DNA of 64,000 nt, taken from positions 26,536,001-26,600,000 of the forward strand of contig OZ024753.1 in assembly GCA_964016885.1 (NCBI GenBank), written 5' to 3'. The notes under the pieces were generated by a model, which was not told the DNA's origin, did no database searches, and worked only from the letters and a program-made list of their open reading frames with translations. Numbering within the stretch: position 1 is the first letter of the stretch; the number at the start of each line of letters is the position of its first letter. Of this stretch, positions 39,001-49,699 are shown one piece after another. The DNA is from Eledone cirrhosa (Eukaryota). Position numbers and translations under genes: made by a program.

Positions 39001-42000
39001 GTGCCGTTACCTATGTGGGGAGAGTGACATTACCTATGTTGGGAGCGTGCCATTACCTGTGTTGAGTGAGTGCCATTACCTATGTTGGGAGGGTGTCGCT
39101 ACCTATGTTGGGAGAGTGCCATTACCCATGTTATGACGGTGCCGTTACCTATGTTAGGAGGGTGCCTTTACCTATGTTGGAAGGGTGCCGTTACCTATGT
39201 TAGGAGGGTGCGTTACCTATGTTGGGAGGATGCCGTTACCTATGTTGGGAGGGTGCCGTTACCTATGTTGGGAGTGTGCCGTTACCTATGTTGGGAGAGT
39301 GCAATTACCTATGTTAGGAGGGTGTCGTTACCAATGTTAGGAGGATGCCATTACCTATGTTGGAAGTGTGCCAATACCTATGTTAGGAGGGTGCCATTAC
39401 CTATGTTGGGAGAGTGCCATTACCTACGTTAGGAGGGCGCCATTACCTATAATGGGTGGGTGCCGTTAACTATGGTGGGAGGGTGCCGTCACCTATGTTG
39501 GGAGCGTGCCATTACGTATGTTAGGAGGGTGCCGTTCCCTATGTTGGGAAAGTGCCGTTACCTATGTTGGGAGAGTGCCCTTACCTAAGTTGGGAGAGTG
39601 CCGTTACCTATGTTAGGAGAGTGCCCTTACCTAAGTTGGGAGAGTGCCATTACCTATGTTAGGAGGGTGCCGTTACCTATGTTAGGAGGGTGCCTTTACC
39701 TATGTTGGGAGGGTGCCGTTACCTATGTTGGGAGAGTGCCATTACCTATGTTGTAAGGGTGCCGTTACCTATGTAGGGAGAGTGCCATTACCTCTGTTGG
39801 GAGGGTTCCGTTATCTATGTTGGGAGAGTGCCATTACCTATCTTAGGAAGGTGCCGTTAGCTATGTTAGGAGGGTACCATTACCTATGTTGGAAGGGTGC
39901 CATTACCTATGTTGGAATGGTGCCATTACCTACATTAGTAGGGTGCCATTACCCATGTTGGGAGAGTGCCATTACCTTTGTAATGAGGGTGCTGTTACCT
40001 ATGTTGGGCGAGTGCCGTTAGCTATGTTGAGAGACTGCCATTACCTTTGTCATGAGGATGCAATTACCTATGTTGGGAGAGTGCCATTACCTATTTTAGG
40101 AGGGTGCCGTTACCTATGTTGGGAGTGGGCGTTACCTATGTTGGGAGAGTGCCGTTTCCTACGTTGGGAGGGTGCCGTTACCTATGTTGGGAGAGTGCCA
40201 TTACCTATGTTAGGAGGGTCCCGTTACCTATGTTAGGAGGGTGCTTTTACCTATGTTGCGAGAGTGCCATTACCTGTCATGAGGATGCCATTACCTATGT
40301 TGGGAGAGTGCCAATACCTATGTTAGGAGGGTGCCGTTACCTATGTTGGGAGTGGGCGTTACCTATGTTGGGAGAGTGCCATTTCCTACGTTGGGAGGGT
40401 GCCGTTACCTATGTTGGGAGAGTGCCATTACCTATGTTAGAAGGGTGCCATTACCTATGTTGGTACGGTGCCATTACCTATGTTAGGATGGTGCTATTAC
40501 CTATGTTGGGAGAATGCCGTTACCTATGTTGGGAGAGTGCCGTTACCTATGTTAGGAGGGTGCCGTTACCTATGTTGGGAGAGTGCCATTACCTATGTTA
40601 GGAGGGTGCCATTACCTATGTTGGAAGGGTGCATTTACCTATGCTCGAAGTGTGCCGTTACCTATGTTAGGAAACTGCTGTTACCTAAGTTGGGAGAGTG
40701 CCATTACCTATGTTGGGAGGGTGCCGTTACCTATGTTCGGAGAGTGCCATTACCTATGATGGGAGGGTGCCGTTACCTATCTTGGCAGAGTGCCGTTACC
40801 TAAGTTGGGAGAGTGCCCTTACCTATGTTGGGAGAGTGCCGTTACCTATGTTAGGAGGGTGCCGTTACCTATGTTGGGAGAGTGCCATTACCTATGTTAG
40901 GAGGGGCATTTTACCTAAGTTGGGAGGGTGCCGTTACCTATGTTGGGAGATTACTGTTACCTATGTTGGGAGAGTGCCATTACTTATGTTGGAAGATGCC
41001 GTTACCCATGTTAGGAGGGTGCCGTTACCTATGTTAGGAGGGTGCCATTACCTATGTTAGGAGGGTGCCATTACCTATGTTAGGAGGGTGCCGTTGTCTA
41101 AGTTTGGATGGTGCGTTACCTATGTTGGGATGGCGACATGACCTATGATGGGAGAGTGCCATTACCTATGTTGGGAGGGTGCCGTTACCTATGTTGGGAG
41201 AGTGCCGTTAACTATGTTGGGAGGGTGCCGGTACCTATGTTGGGAGTGTGCCATTACCTATGTTAGGAGGGTGCCGTTACCTATGTTGGGAGAGTTCCAT
41301 TACCTATGTTGGGAGGGTGGCGTTCCCTATGTTGGGAGAGTGCTATTACCTATGTTATGAGGATGATGTTACCTATGTTTTGAGGTTGCCGTTACCTATG
41401 TTGGGAGAGTGCCATTACCTATGTTGGGAGGGTGGCGTTCCCTATGTTGGGAGAGTTCCATTACCTATGTTATGAGGGTGCCGTTACCTATGTTAGGAGG
41501 GTGCCATTACCTATGTTGGGAGAGTGCTATTACCTATGTTGGGAGAGTGCTATTACCTATGTTAGGAGGGTGCCGTTACCTATGTGGGGAGAGTGACATT
41601 ACCTATGTTGGGAGCGTGCCATTACCTGTGTTGAGAGAGTGCCATTACCTATGTTGGGAGGGTGTCGCTACCTATGTTGGGAGAGTGCCATTACCTATGT
41701 TATGACGGTGCCGTTACCTATGTTAGGAGGGTGCCTTTACCTATGTTGGAAGGGTGCCGTTACCTATGTTAGGAGGGTGCGTTACCTATGTTGGGAGGAT
41801 GCCGTTACCTATGTTGGGAGGGTGCCGTTACCTATGTTGGGAGTGTGCCGTTACCTATGTTGGGAGAGTGCAATTACCTATGTTAGGAGGGTGTCGTTAC
41901 CAATGTTAGGAGGATGCCATTACCTATGTTGGAAGTGTGCCAATACCTATGTTAGGAGGGTGCCATTACCTATGTTGGGAGAGTGCCATTACCTACGTTA

Positions 42001-42230
42001 GGAGGGCGCCATTACCTATAATGGGTGGGTGCCATTAACTATGGTGGGAGGGTGCCGTCACCTATGTTGGGAGCGTGCCGTTACGTATCTTAGGAGGGTG
42101 CCGTTCCCTATGTTGGGAAAGTGCCGTTACCTATGTTGGGAGAGTGCCCTTACCTAAGTTGGGAGAGTGCCGTTACCTATGTTAGGAGAGTGCCCTTACC
42201 TAAGTTGGGAGAGTGCCATTACCTATCTTA
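36050..42230 (+). repeat. Three related satellite blocks at ~2.6-kb spacing next to the junction
   Basis: ORFs 36428/39070/41639 have near-identical translations (offsets 2642 and 2569); ORFs 38656/41248 are offset by 2592. Shared markers tgtggggagagtgacatt, ggaagtgtgccaatacc and gggaaagtgccg...cccttacctaag. The sequence between the blocks is less clearly paralogous. Confidence 0.8.
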
Positions 42231-43107
42231 GGAGGGTGCCGTTCCCTATGTTGGGAAAGTGCCATTACCTAAGTTAGGAGGGTGCCGTTGCCTATGTTGG
42301 GATGGTGCCGTTACCTATGTTGGGATGGTGCCATTCCCTATGTAGGAGGGTGCCGTTATCTATCTTGGGAGGGTGCCTTTACCTGTGTTGGGAGGGTGCC
42401 ATTACCTATGTTGGGATAGTGCCATTACCTATGTTAGGAGGGTGCCGTTCCTTATGTTGGGAGGGTGCCGTTACCTATGTTGGGAGAGTGCTGTTACCTA
42501 TGTTCGGAGGGTGCTGTTCCCTATGTTGGGAGAGTGCCATTACCTATCTTAGGAGGGTGCCGTTCGCTATGTTGGGAAAATGCCATTACCTATGTTATGA
42601 GGATGCCGTTACCTATGTTAGGAGGGTGCCGTTGCCTATTTTGGGATGGTGCCATTACCTATTATAGCAGAGTGCCTTTAGCTATGTAAGGAGGGTGCCT
42701 TTACTTATGTTGGGAGGGTGCCGTTACCTATGTTGCGTGAGTGCCATTACCTATGTTGGGTGTGTGCCGTTACCTATGTTGGGAGAGTGCCATTACCTAT
42801 GTTGGGAGGGTGCCGTTATCTATGTTGGGAGAGTGCCATTACCTATCTTAGGAGGGTGCCGTTAGCTATGTAAGGAGGGTGCCATTACCTATGTTGGGAG
42901 GGTGCCGTTACCTATGTTGACAGAGTGCCGTTACCTATGTTATGAGGGTGCCATTACCTATGTTAGGAGAATGCCATTACCTGTGTTGGAAGGTGCCATT
43001 ACTTATGTTAGGAGGGTGCCGTTACCTATCTTGGGAGAGTGCCATTACCTATGTTGGAAAGGTGCCATTACCTATGTTAGGAAGTTGACATTACCTATGT
43101 TGGGAGA

Positions 43108-43155
43108 GTGCCATTACCTATGCTAGGAGGGTTAGGGTTAGGGTTAGGGTTGGGG
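43108..43155 (+). other. Satellite/telomeric-array junction with 5-nt shared AGGGT (43128-43132)
   Basis: Reads ...ccattacctatgctaggAGGGTtagggttagggttagggttgggg. The satellite would continue AGGGT-GCC; the sequence instead continues AGGGT-TAGGG, with three perfect TTAGGG at 43132-43149. Confidence 0.93.
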
Positions 43156-44747
43156 TTGGTGTTGGGGTTAGCGTTAGAGTTGGGGTTGTCTTTAGGGTTG
43201 GGGTTGGGGTTGGGGTTAGGATTGGTGTTGGGATTAGGGTTAGGGTTGGGGTTGTGGCTGTGGTTGTGGTTGCGGCTAGCGTTGGGGATAGGGTTGGGGT
43301 TAGAGTTAGGGTTAGATTTAGCGTTGGGGTTAGGGTTAGCGTTAGGGTTATGGTTTGGGTTTGGGTTAGGGTTTGGGTTTGGTTTCTGGTTAGTATTAGG
43401 CTTAGGGTTAGTGTTAAGGTTTGGGTTAGGGTTTTAATTAGGGTTACGATTGGGGTTTGGGATAGGGTTAGGGTTAGGGTTAGTTTTAGTGTTAGGGTTA
43501 GGGTCAGGTTTAGGGTTACGGTTTGGGTTTGTGTTTGGGTTAGGATTACGTTTAGGGTTAGCGTTTCGGTTAGGGTTAGTGTTATCGTTTGGGTTAGGGT
43601 TAGGTTTAGGGTTAGGTTTAGTGTTAGGGTTAGTCTTAGGGTTAGGGTTGGGGTGCGGTTTAAAGTTGGGGATAGGGTTGATGTTAGGGTTAGGGTTAGG
43701 GTTTGGGTTTGGGTTAGGGTTAGGGTTAGGGCTTGGGTTTGGGTTTGGGTTTGGTTTCGGGTTAGGGTTAGGATTAGGGTTAGTGTTAACGTTTGGAATA
43801 GGGTTTGCGTTAGGATTACGATTAGGGTTTGGGATAGGGTTAGGATTAGTTTTAGTGTTAGGGTTAGGGTCAGGTTTAGGGTTACGGTTTGGGTTTGGGT
43901 TAGGGTTAGGATTAGGTTTATGGTTCGGGTGTGGGTTTGCGTTAGGGTTAGGGTTAGATTTACAGTTAGGTTTATGGAAGGGTTTGGGTTTGGGTTAGGG
44001 TTAGGGTTAGGGTTTGTATTTGGGTTAGGGTTCGAGTTAGGGTGAGGGGTTTGGTTTGGGTTAGGTTTGGTTTAGGGTTAGGGCTTGCGTTAGGGTTAGG
44101 GTTAGGGTTTGTGTTAGGGTTTGGGTTAGGGTTAGGGTTATCGTTAGGGTTAGGATTACGGTTGCGGTTGTTGTTGGGGTTGGGGATAGCGTTGCGGATT
44201 GTGTTGGGGTTAGAGTTAGGGTTAGAGATAGGGTTTGGGTTAGTGTTAGCGGTGGGGTTAGGGTTAGGGTTAGAGTTAGGGTTATCGTTTGGGTTAGTGT
44301 TAAGGTTAGGATTAGGTTTAGGGTTAGGGTTATCGTTTGGGTTAGGGTTAGGGTTAGGTTTAGGGTTAGGGTTATGTTTTTGTGTTAGGGTTAGAGTTAG
44401 GGTAGCGTTAGGGTTAGTTTTAGGGTTTGGATTAGGGTTGGGGTTAGGGTTAGTGTTAGGGTTTGGGTTTGGGTTAGTGTTAGGGTTAGGTTTATGGTTA
44501 GGGTTTCGGTTTGGGTTTGGTTTCGGGTTAGGGTTAGAGTTGTTAAGGTTTGGGTTAGGGTTTGCGTTAGGGTTACGATTAGGGTTTGGGATAGGGTTTG
44601 GGTTAGCGTTAGTTTTAGTGTTAGGGTTAGGGTTAGGGTTAGGATTACAGTTGTGGTTATGGCTAGCCTTGCGGATAGTGTTGGGTTAGAGTTAAGGTCA
44701 AGGTTAGGGTTAGGGTTTGGGTTAGGGTTAGGGTTTGGGTTAGGGTT

Positions 44748-44768
44748 GGGGTTGGGGTGGGGGTGGGG
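44748..44768 (+). other. Putative four-tier G-quadruplex motif G4-TT-G4-T-G5-T-G4
   Basis: ggggttggggtgggggtgggg read directly; four runs of >=4 G with 1-2 nt loops. Folding is inferred, not shown. Confidence 0.6.
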
Positions 44769-46951
44769 TGAGGTTTAATGTTAGGGTTACTGTTAGGTAT
44801 AGGGTTAGAGTTAGGGTTGGGGTTAGGGTTAGCGTTGGGGTTAGGGTTAGGGTTAGGTTTAGGGTTATGGTTAGGATTACGGTTGCGGTTGTGGTTAGTT
44901 TTGGGGATAGGGTTGGGGTTACAGTTAAGGTTATGGTTAGGGTTAGGGTTAGGGCTTGTATTAGTGTTAGTTTTAGGGTTAGGCTTTGGGTTAGTGTTAG
45001 GGTTAGGGTTAGGATTAGAGTTAGGGTTAGGTTTAGGGTTAGGGTTATCGTTAGTGTTAGGGATAGTGTTAGGGTTTGGATTAGGGTTAAGGTTAGGGTT
45101 AGGGTTAGGGTTTCGGTTAGGGTTAGGGTAAGGGTTAGGGTTACGGTTAGATTTAGGGTTAGGGTTTGGGTTTGGGTTAGCGTTAGGGTTTGTATTTGGG
45201 TTAGGGTTCGAGTTAGGGTGAGGGTTTGGGTTTGGGTTTGGGTTAGGGTTAGGATTAGGGTTAGGGTTTGGTTTTGTGTTAGGGTTAGGGTTATTGTTAG
45301 GGTTAGGGTTACGGTTAGGTTTAGGGTTAGGGTTTGGGTTTGGGTTAGGGTTGCGGTTTGTATTTGGGTTAGGGTTCGCGTTAGGGTGAGGTGTTTGGTT
45401 TGGGTTTAGTTTGGTTTAGGGTTAGGGCTAACGTTAGGGTTAGGGTTAGGGTTAGGGTTTGGGTTAGGGTTAGTGTTACGGTTAGTGTTTGGGTTAGTGT
45501 TAAGCTTAGCGTTAGGGTTAGTGTTAGGGTTAGTGTTTGGGTTGGGGTTGGGGTGGGGTTTGTGTGCGGGTTAAGGTTGGGGTTAGGGTTAGGGTTAGGT
45601 TTACGGATAGGCTTAGAGTTAGGGTTGGGCTTAGGGTTACCGTTGGGGTTAGGGTTAGTGTTAGGGTTAGGGTTAGGATTACGGTTGCGGTTGTGGTTGA
45701 GGTTGGGGCTAGCGTTGGGGATAGGTTTGGGGTTAGTGTTAGTGTTGGGGTTAGGGTTAGGGTTATCGTTGGGTTAGGGTTAAGGTTAGGGTTAGGTTTA
45801 GGGTTAGGGTTATTGTTTGGATTAGGGTTAGAGTTAGTGTTAGGGTTTGGGTTTGGGTTAGGTTTAGGGTTAGGATTTCTGTTTGGATTAGGGTTAGGGT
45901 TAGGGCTTTTTTTTTGGGGTTTGGTTTTGGTTTCGGGTTAGGGTAATGGTTATTGTTAAGATTTGGGTTAGGGTTTGCGTTAGGGTTACGATTAGGGTTT
46001 GGGATAGGCTCAGGGTTAGGTTTAGTTTTAATGTTAGGGTTAGGGTCAGATTTAGGGTTACGGTTTGGGCTTGGGTTAGGGTTAGGATTAGGTTTAGGGT
46101 TAGCGTTGCGGGTAGGGTAAGGGTTAGGTTTAGGGTTAGGTTTACGGTTAGGTTTAGGGTTAGGTTTAGGGTTAGGGTTTGGGTTTGGGTTACGGTTAGC
46201 GTTAGGGTTTGGGTTTGGGTTCGGGTTTGGTTTAATGTTAGGGCTACCGCTAAAGTTAGGGTTAGGGTTTGGGTTAGGGTTTGGGTTAGGGTTACGGTTA
46301 GTGTTTGGGTTAGGGTTAGCGTTAGGGTTAGTGTTCGGGTTAGTCTTTGGGTTGGGATTGGGGTGGCGTTGGGGTGCGTGTTAAGGTTGGGGTTAGGGTT
46401 AGGGTTAGAGTTTGGTTTGGGGTTAGGGTTAGCGTTGGGTTTAGGGTTAGTGTTAGGATTAGGGGTAGGATTAGGGTTTGGGTTTGGATTACGGTTGCGG
46501 TCATGGCTAGCGTTGGGGATAGTGTTGGGTTAGAGTTAGGGTTAGAGTTAGGGTTGGGGTTAAGGTTAGAGTTGGGGTTAGGGTTATTGTTAATGTTACT
46601 GCTAGGGTTAGGGTTTGGGTTTGGGTTAGGGTTTGGGTTAGCGTTAGAATTACTGTTAGTGTTTGGGTTAGGGTTAGTGTTAAGGTTTGGGTTAGGGTGT
46701 GCGTTAGGGTTAGTATTAGGGTTAGTGTTAGGATTAGGGCTAAGGTTAAGTTTAGAGTTAGGGTTTGGGTTAGCGTTAAGGTTAGGGTTAGGGTTTGGGT
46801 TTGGGTTAGGGTTCGAGTTAGGGTGAAGGTTTGGGTTTGGGTTTGGTTTAAGGTTAGGGCTAGCGTTAGGTTTAGGGTTTGGGTTAGGGTTACTGTTAGT
46901 GTTTGGGTTAGTGTTAGGGTTAGCGCTAGGGTTAGGGTTAGTGTTTGAGTT

Positions 46952-46972
46952 GGGGTTGGGGTGGGGGTGGGG
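46952..46972 (+). other. Putative four-tier G-quadruplex motif (second copy)
   Basis: ggggttggggtgggggtgggg followed by tgcgggtggg. Confidence 0.6.
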
Positions 46973-48588
46973 TGCGGGTGGGTATCGGTGTGGGGTTTAG
47001 GGGTGGCGTTAGGGTTAGGGTTAGGGGTCGGGTTAGTGTTTGTGTTAGGGTTTGGGTTTAGGGTTAGGTTAAGGGTTAGGGTTACGGTTAGGTTTAGGGT
47101 TAGGGTTTGGGTTTGGGTTAGGGTTACGGTTTGTATTTGGGTTAGGGTTCGAGTTAGGGTGATGTGTTTGGTTTGGGTTTAGTTTGGTTTAGGGTTAGGG
47201 CTAAAGTTAGGGTTAGGGTTAGGGTTCGGGTTTGGGTTAGGATTAGTGTTACGGTTAGTGTTTGGGTTAGTGTTAGGCTTAGCGTTAGGGTTAGTGTTAG
47301 GGTTAGTGTTTGGGTTGGGGTTGGGGTGGGGTTTGTGTGCGGGTTAAGGTTGGGATTAGGGTTAGGGTTAGGTTTACGGATAGGGTTAGAGTTAGGGTTG
47401 GGCTTAGGGTTACCATTGGGGTTAGGGTTATTGTTAGGGTTAGGGTTAGGATTACAGTTGCGGTAGTGGTTGAGGTTGGGGCTAGCCTTGGGGATAGGGT
47501 TGGGGTTAGTGTTAGGGTTAGAGATAGGGTTTGGGCTAGTGTTAACGTTGGGGTTGGGTTAGGGTTATCGTTGGGCTAGGGTTAAGGTTAGGGTTAGGTT
47601 TAGGTTTAGGTTTATTGTTTGAGTTAGGGTTAGGGTTAGGGTTAGGGTTTTGTGTTAGGATTAGAGTTAGGGTTAGTGTTAGGGCTTGGATTAGGGTTAG
47701 GGTTAGTGTTAGGGTTTGGGTTTGGGTTAGAATTAGGGTTAGGTTTAGGGTTAGGATTTCGGTTTGTTATAGGGTTAGGGCTAGAGCTTGGGTTTGGGTT
47801 TGGTTTTGGTTTCGGGTTAGGGTTTGGGTTTGGGTTACGGTTAGGGTTAGGGTTTGGGTTTGGGTTCGGGTTTGGTTTAATGTTAGGGCTAGCGCTAAAG
47901 TTAGGGTTAGGGTTTGGGTTAGGGTTTGGGTTAGGGTTACGGTTAGTGTTTGGGTTAGTGTTAGGGTTAGCGTTAGGGTTAGTGTTAGGGTTAGTCTTTG
48001 GGTTGGGTTGGGGTGGGGTTGGGGTGCGTGTTAAGGTTGGGGTTAGGGTTAGGGTTAGAGTTAGGGTTGGGGTTAGGGTTAGCGTTGGGTTTAGGGTTAG
48101 TGTTAGGATTAGGGTTAGGATTAGGGTTAGGGTTAGGATTATGGTTGCGGTTATGGCTAGCGTTGGGGATAGTGTTGGGTTAGAGTTAGGGTTGGGGTTA
48201 AGGTTAGCGTTGGGGTTAGGGTTATTGTTAATGTTACTGCTAGGGTTAGGGTTTGGGTTTGGGTTAGGGTTTGGGTTAGCGTTAGAGTTAAATTTAGTGT
48301 TTGGGTTAGGGTTAGTGTTAAGGTTTGGGTTAGGGTGTGCGTTAGTGTTAGTATTAGGGTTAGTGTTAAGATTAGGGCTACGGTTAGGTTTAGAGTTAGG
48401 GTTTGGGTTAGCTTTAAGGTTAGGGTTAGGGTTTGGGTTTGGGTTAGGGTTCGAGTTAGGGTGCAGGTTTGGGTTTGGGTTTGGTTTAGGGTTAGGGCTA
48501 GCGTTAGGTTTAGGGTTTGGGTTAGGTTACTGTTAGTGTTTGTGTTAGTGTTAGGGTTAGCGCTAGGGTTAGGGTTAGTGCTTGAGTT

Positions 48589-48609
48589 GGGGTTGGGGTG
48601 GGGGTGGGG
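48589..48609 (+). other. Putative four-tier G-quadruplex motif (third copy, paralog of 46952)
   Basis: ggggttggggtgggggtgggg followed by tgcgggtggg. Confidence 0.6.
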
Positions 48610-49699
48610 TGCGGGTGGGTGTCGGTGTGGGGTTTAGGGGTGGCGTTAGGGTTAGGGTTAGGGGTAGGGTAAGAGTTAGGGTTAGTGTTAGTGTTAGTGT
48701 TTGGGTTAGGTTTAGGGTTACGGTTAGGGTTACGGTTTGGGTTTGGGTTAGGTTTAGGGTTAGGATTAGGGTTTGGGTTAGGTTTAGGTTTATATTTAGG
48801 GTTAGGGTTAGGGTTTGGGTTAGGGTTACGGTTGGGGTTGGTGTTCGGGTTGGATTCGGGTTAGCTTTGGTGATGGAGTTGGGTTTAGAGTTAGCGTTAG
48901 GGTTAGGGTTATGGTTTGGGTTAGGGTTAGGGTTACGGTTAGAGTTAGGGTTAGGGTTTGGGTTAGGGTTAGGGTTAGGGTTTGGGTTAGAGTTAGGGTT
49001 AGTGTTAGGGTTAGCGTTAGGGTTAGGATTAGGGTTACGGTTAGGTTTAGGGTTAGGGTTAGGGATAGGGTTTGGGTTAGTGTAAGGGTTTGGATTAGTG
49101 TTAGGGTTAGGGTTAGTGTTAGTGTTAGGGTTTGGATAGGGTTAGGGTTAGGGTTAGGGTTTGGCTTTGGGTTAGGTTTAGGGTTAGTGTTAAGATTTGG
49201 GATAGGGTGTGCGTTAGGTTTAGGGTGGGGTTAGTTTTAGGATTAGGGATATGGTTAGCTTTAGGGTTAGGGTTTGGGCTTGGGTTAGGGTTAGGGTTTG
49301 GGTTTTCGTTAGGGTTCGAGTTAGGGTGAGGGTTTAGGTTTGGGTTTGTTTTAGGGTTAGGGCTACCGTTAGGGTTAAGTTTAGGGTTTCGGTTAGGGTT
49401 TGGGTTAGGATTACGGTTGCGGTTGTGGTTGGGGTTGGGGCTTGTGTTGGTGATAGGTTTGGGGTTAGAGTTAAGGTTAGGGTTAGGGTTAGGGTTAGGG
49501 TTTGGATTAGTGTTAGGGTTAGGGTTAGGGTTAGGGTTAGGAATACGGTTGCGGTTGTGTTTGGGGTTGGTGCTAGCGTTGGGGATTGGGTTGGGTTAGG
49601 GTTAGGGTTAGAGTTAGTGTTAGGGTTGGGGTTAGAGTTATCGTTTGGGTTAGGGTTACGGTTCGGGTTAGGGTTAGGATTAAGGTATTGGGTTAGGTT

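Larger units (their letters stand above)
1..43130 (+). repeat. 23-bp tandem satellite array (consensus GTGCCRTTACCTATGTTRGGAGR), truncated by left window edge
   Basis: Head-to-tail monomers run continuously from base 1 (gtgccgttacctatgttaggagg) to the last unit at 43108-43130 (gtgccattacctatgctaggagg). Three common A/G positions, scattered substitutions and occasional 22-bp units. The ORF track shows the expected 69-nt/23-aa cycle ([23 protein letters not shown]). No inversion or foreign insertion seen. Confidence 0.98.
45300..48670 (+). repeat. ~1.7-kb tandem duplication of the telomeric-variant pattern (~45300-47070 / ~47075-48670)
   Basis: ORF pairs 45391/47164 and 45537/47310 (offset 1773), 46347/47998 (1651), 46697/48335 (1638). 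Shared G-tract at 46952/48589. Confidence 0.85.

Noticed and set aside
345-43126. Numerous Cys/Trp-rich ORFs ([23 protein letters not shown] repeats) as protein-coding genes
   Set aside because: They are the translation of three 23-bp monomers (69 nt). All three + frames give the same peptide cycle, and stops arise mainly when the TTAGG variant falls in frame. There is no unique sequence or codon-position signal.
1-43130. CRISPR array (23-bp repeat length is within CRISPR range)
   Set aside because: The repeats are directly adjacent with no unique spacers, and there is no leader or cas gene. The context is eukaryotic telomere-like DNA.
1-43130. Long yeast-type telomerase repeat (the Candida albicans unit is 23 bp) or a named 23-bp mammalian satellite
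   Set aside because: Only the length matches. The sequence does not resemble the C. albicans repeat as I recall it, the array is heterogeneous with kb-scale duplications, and I cannot verify identity to bovine or equine 23-bp satellites without a search.
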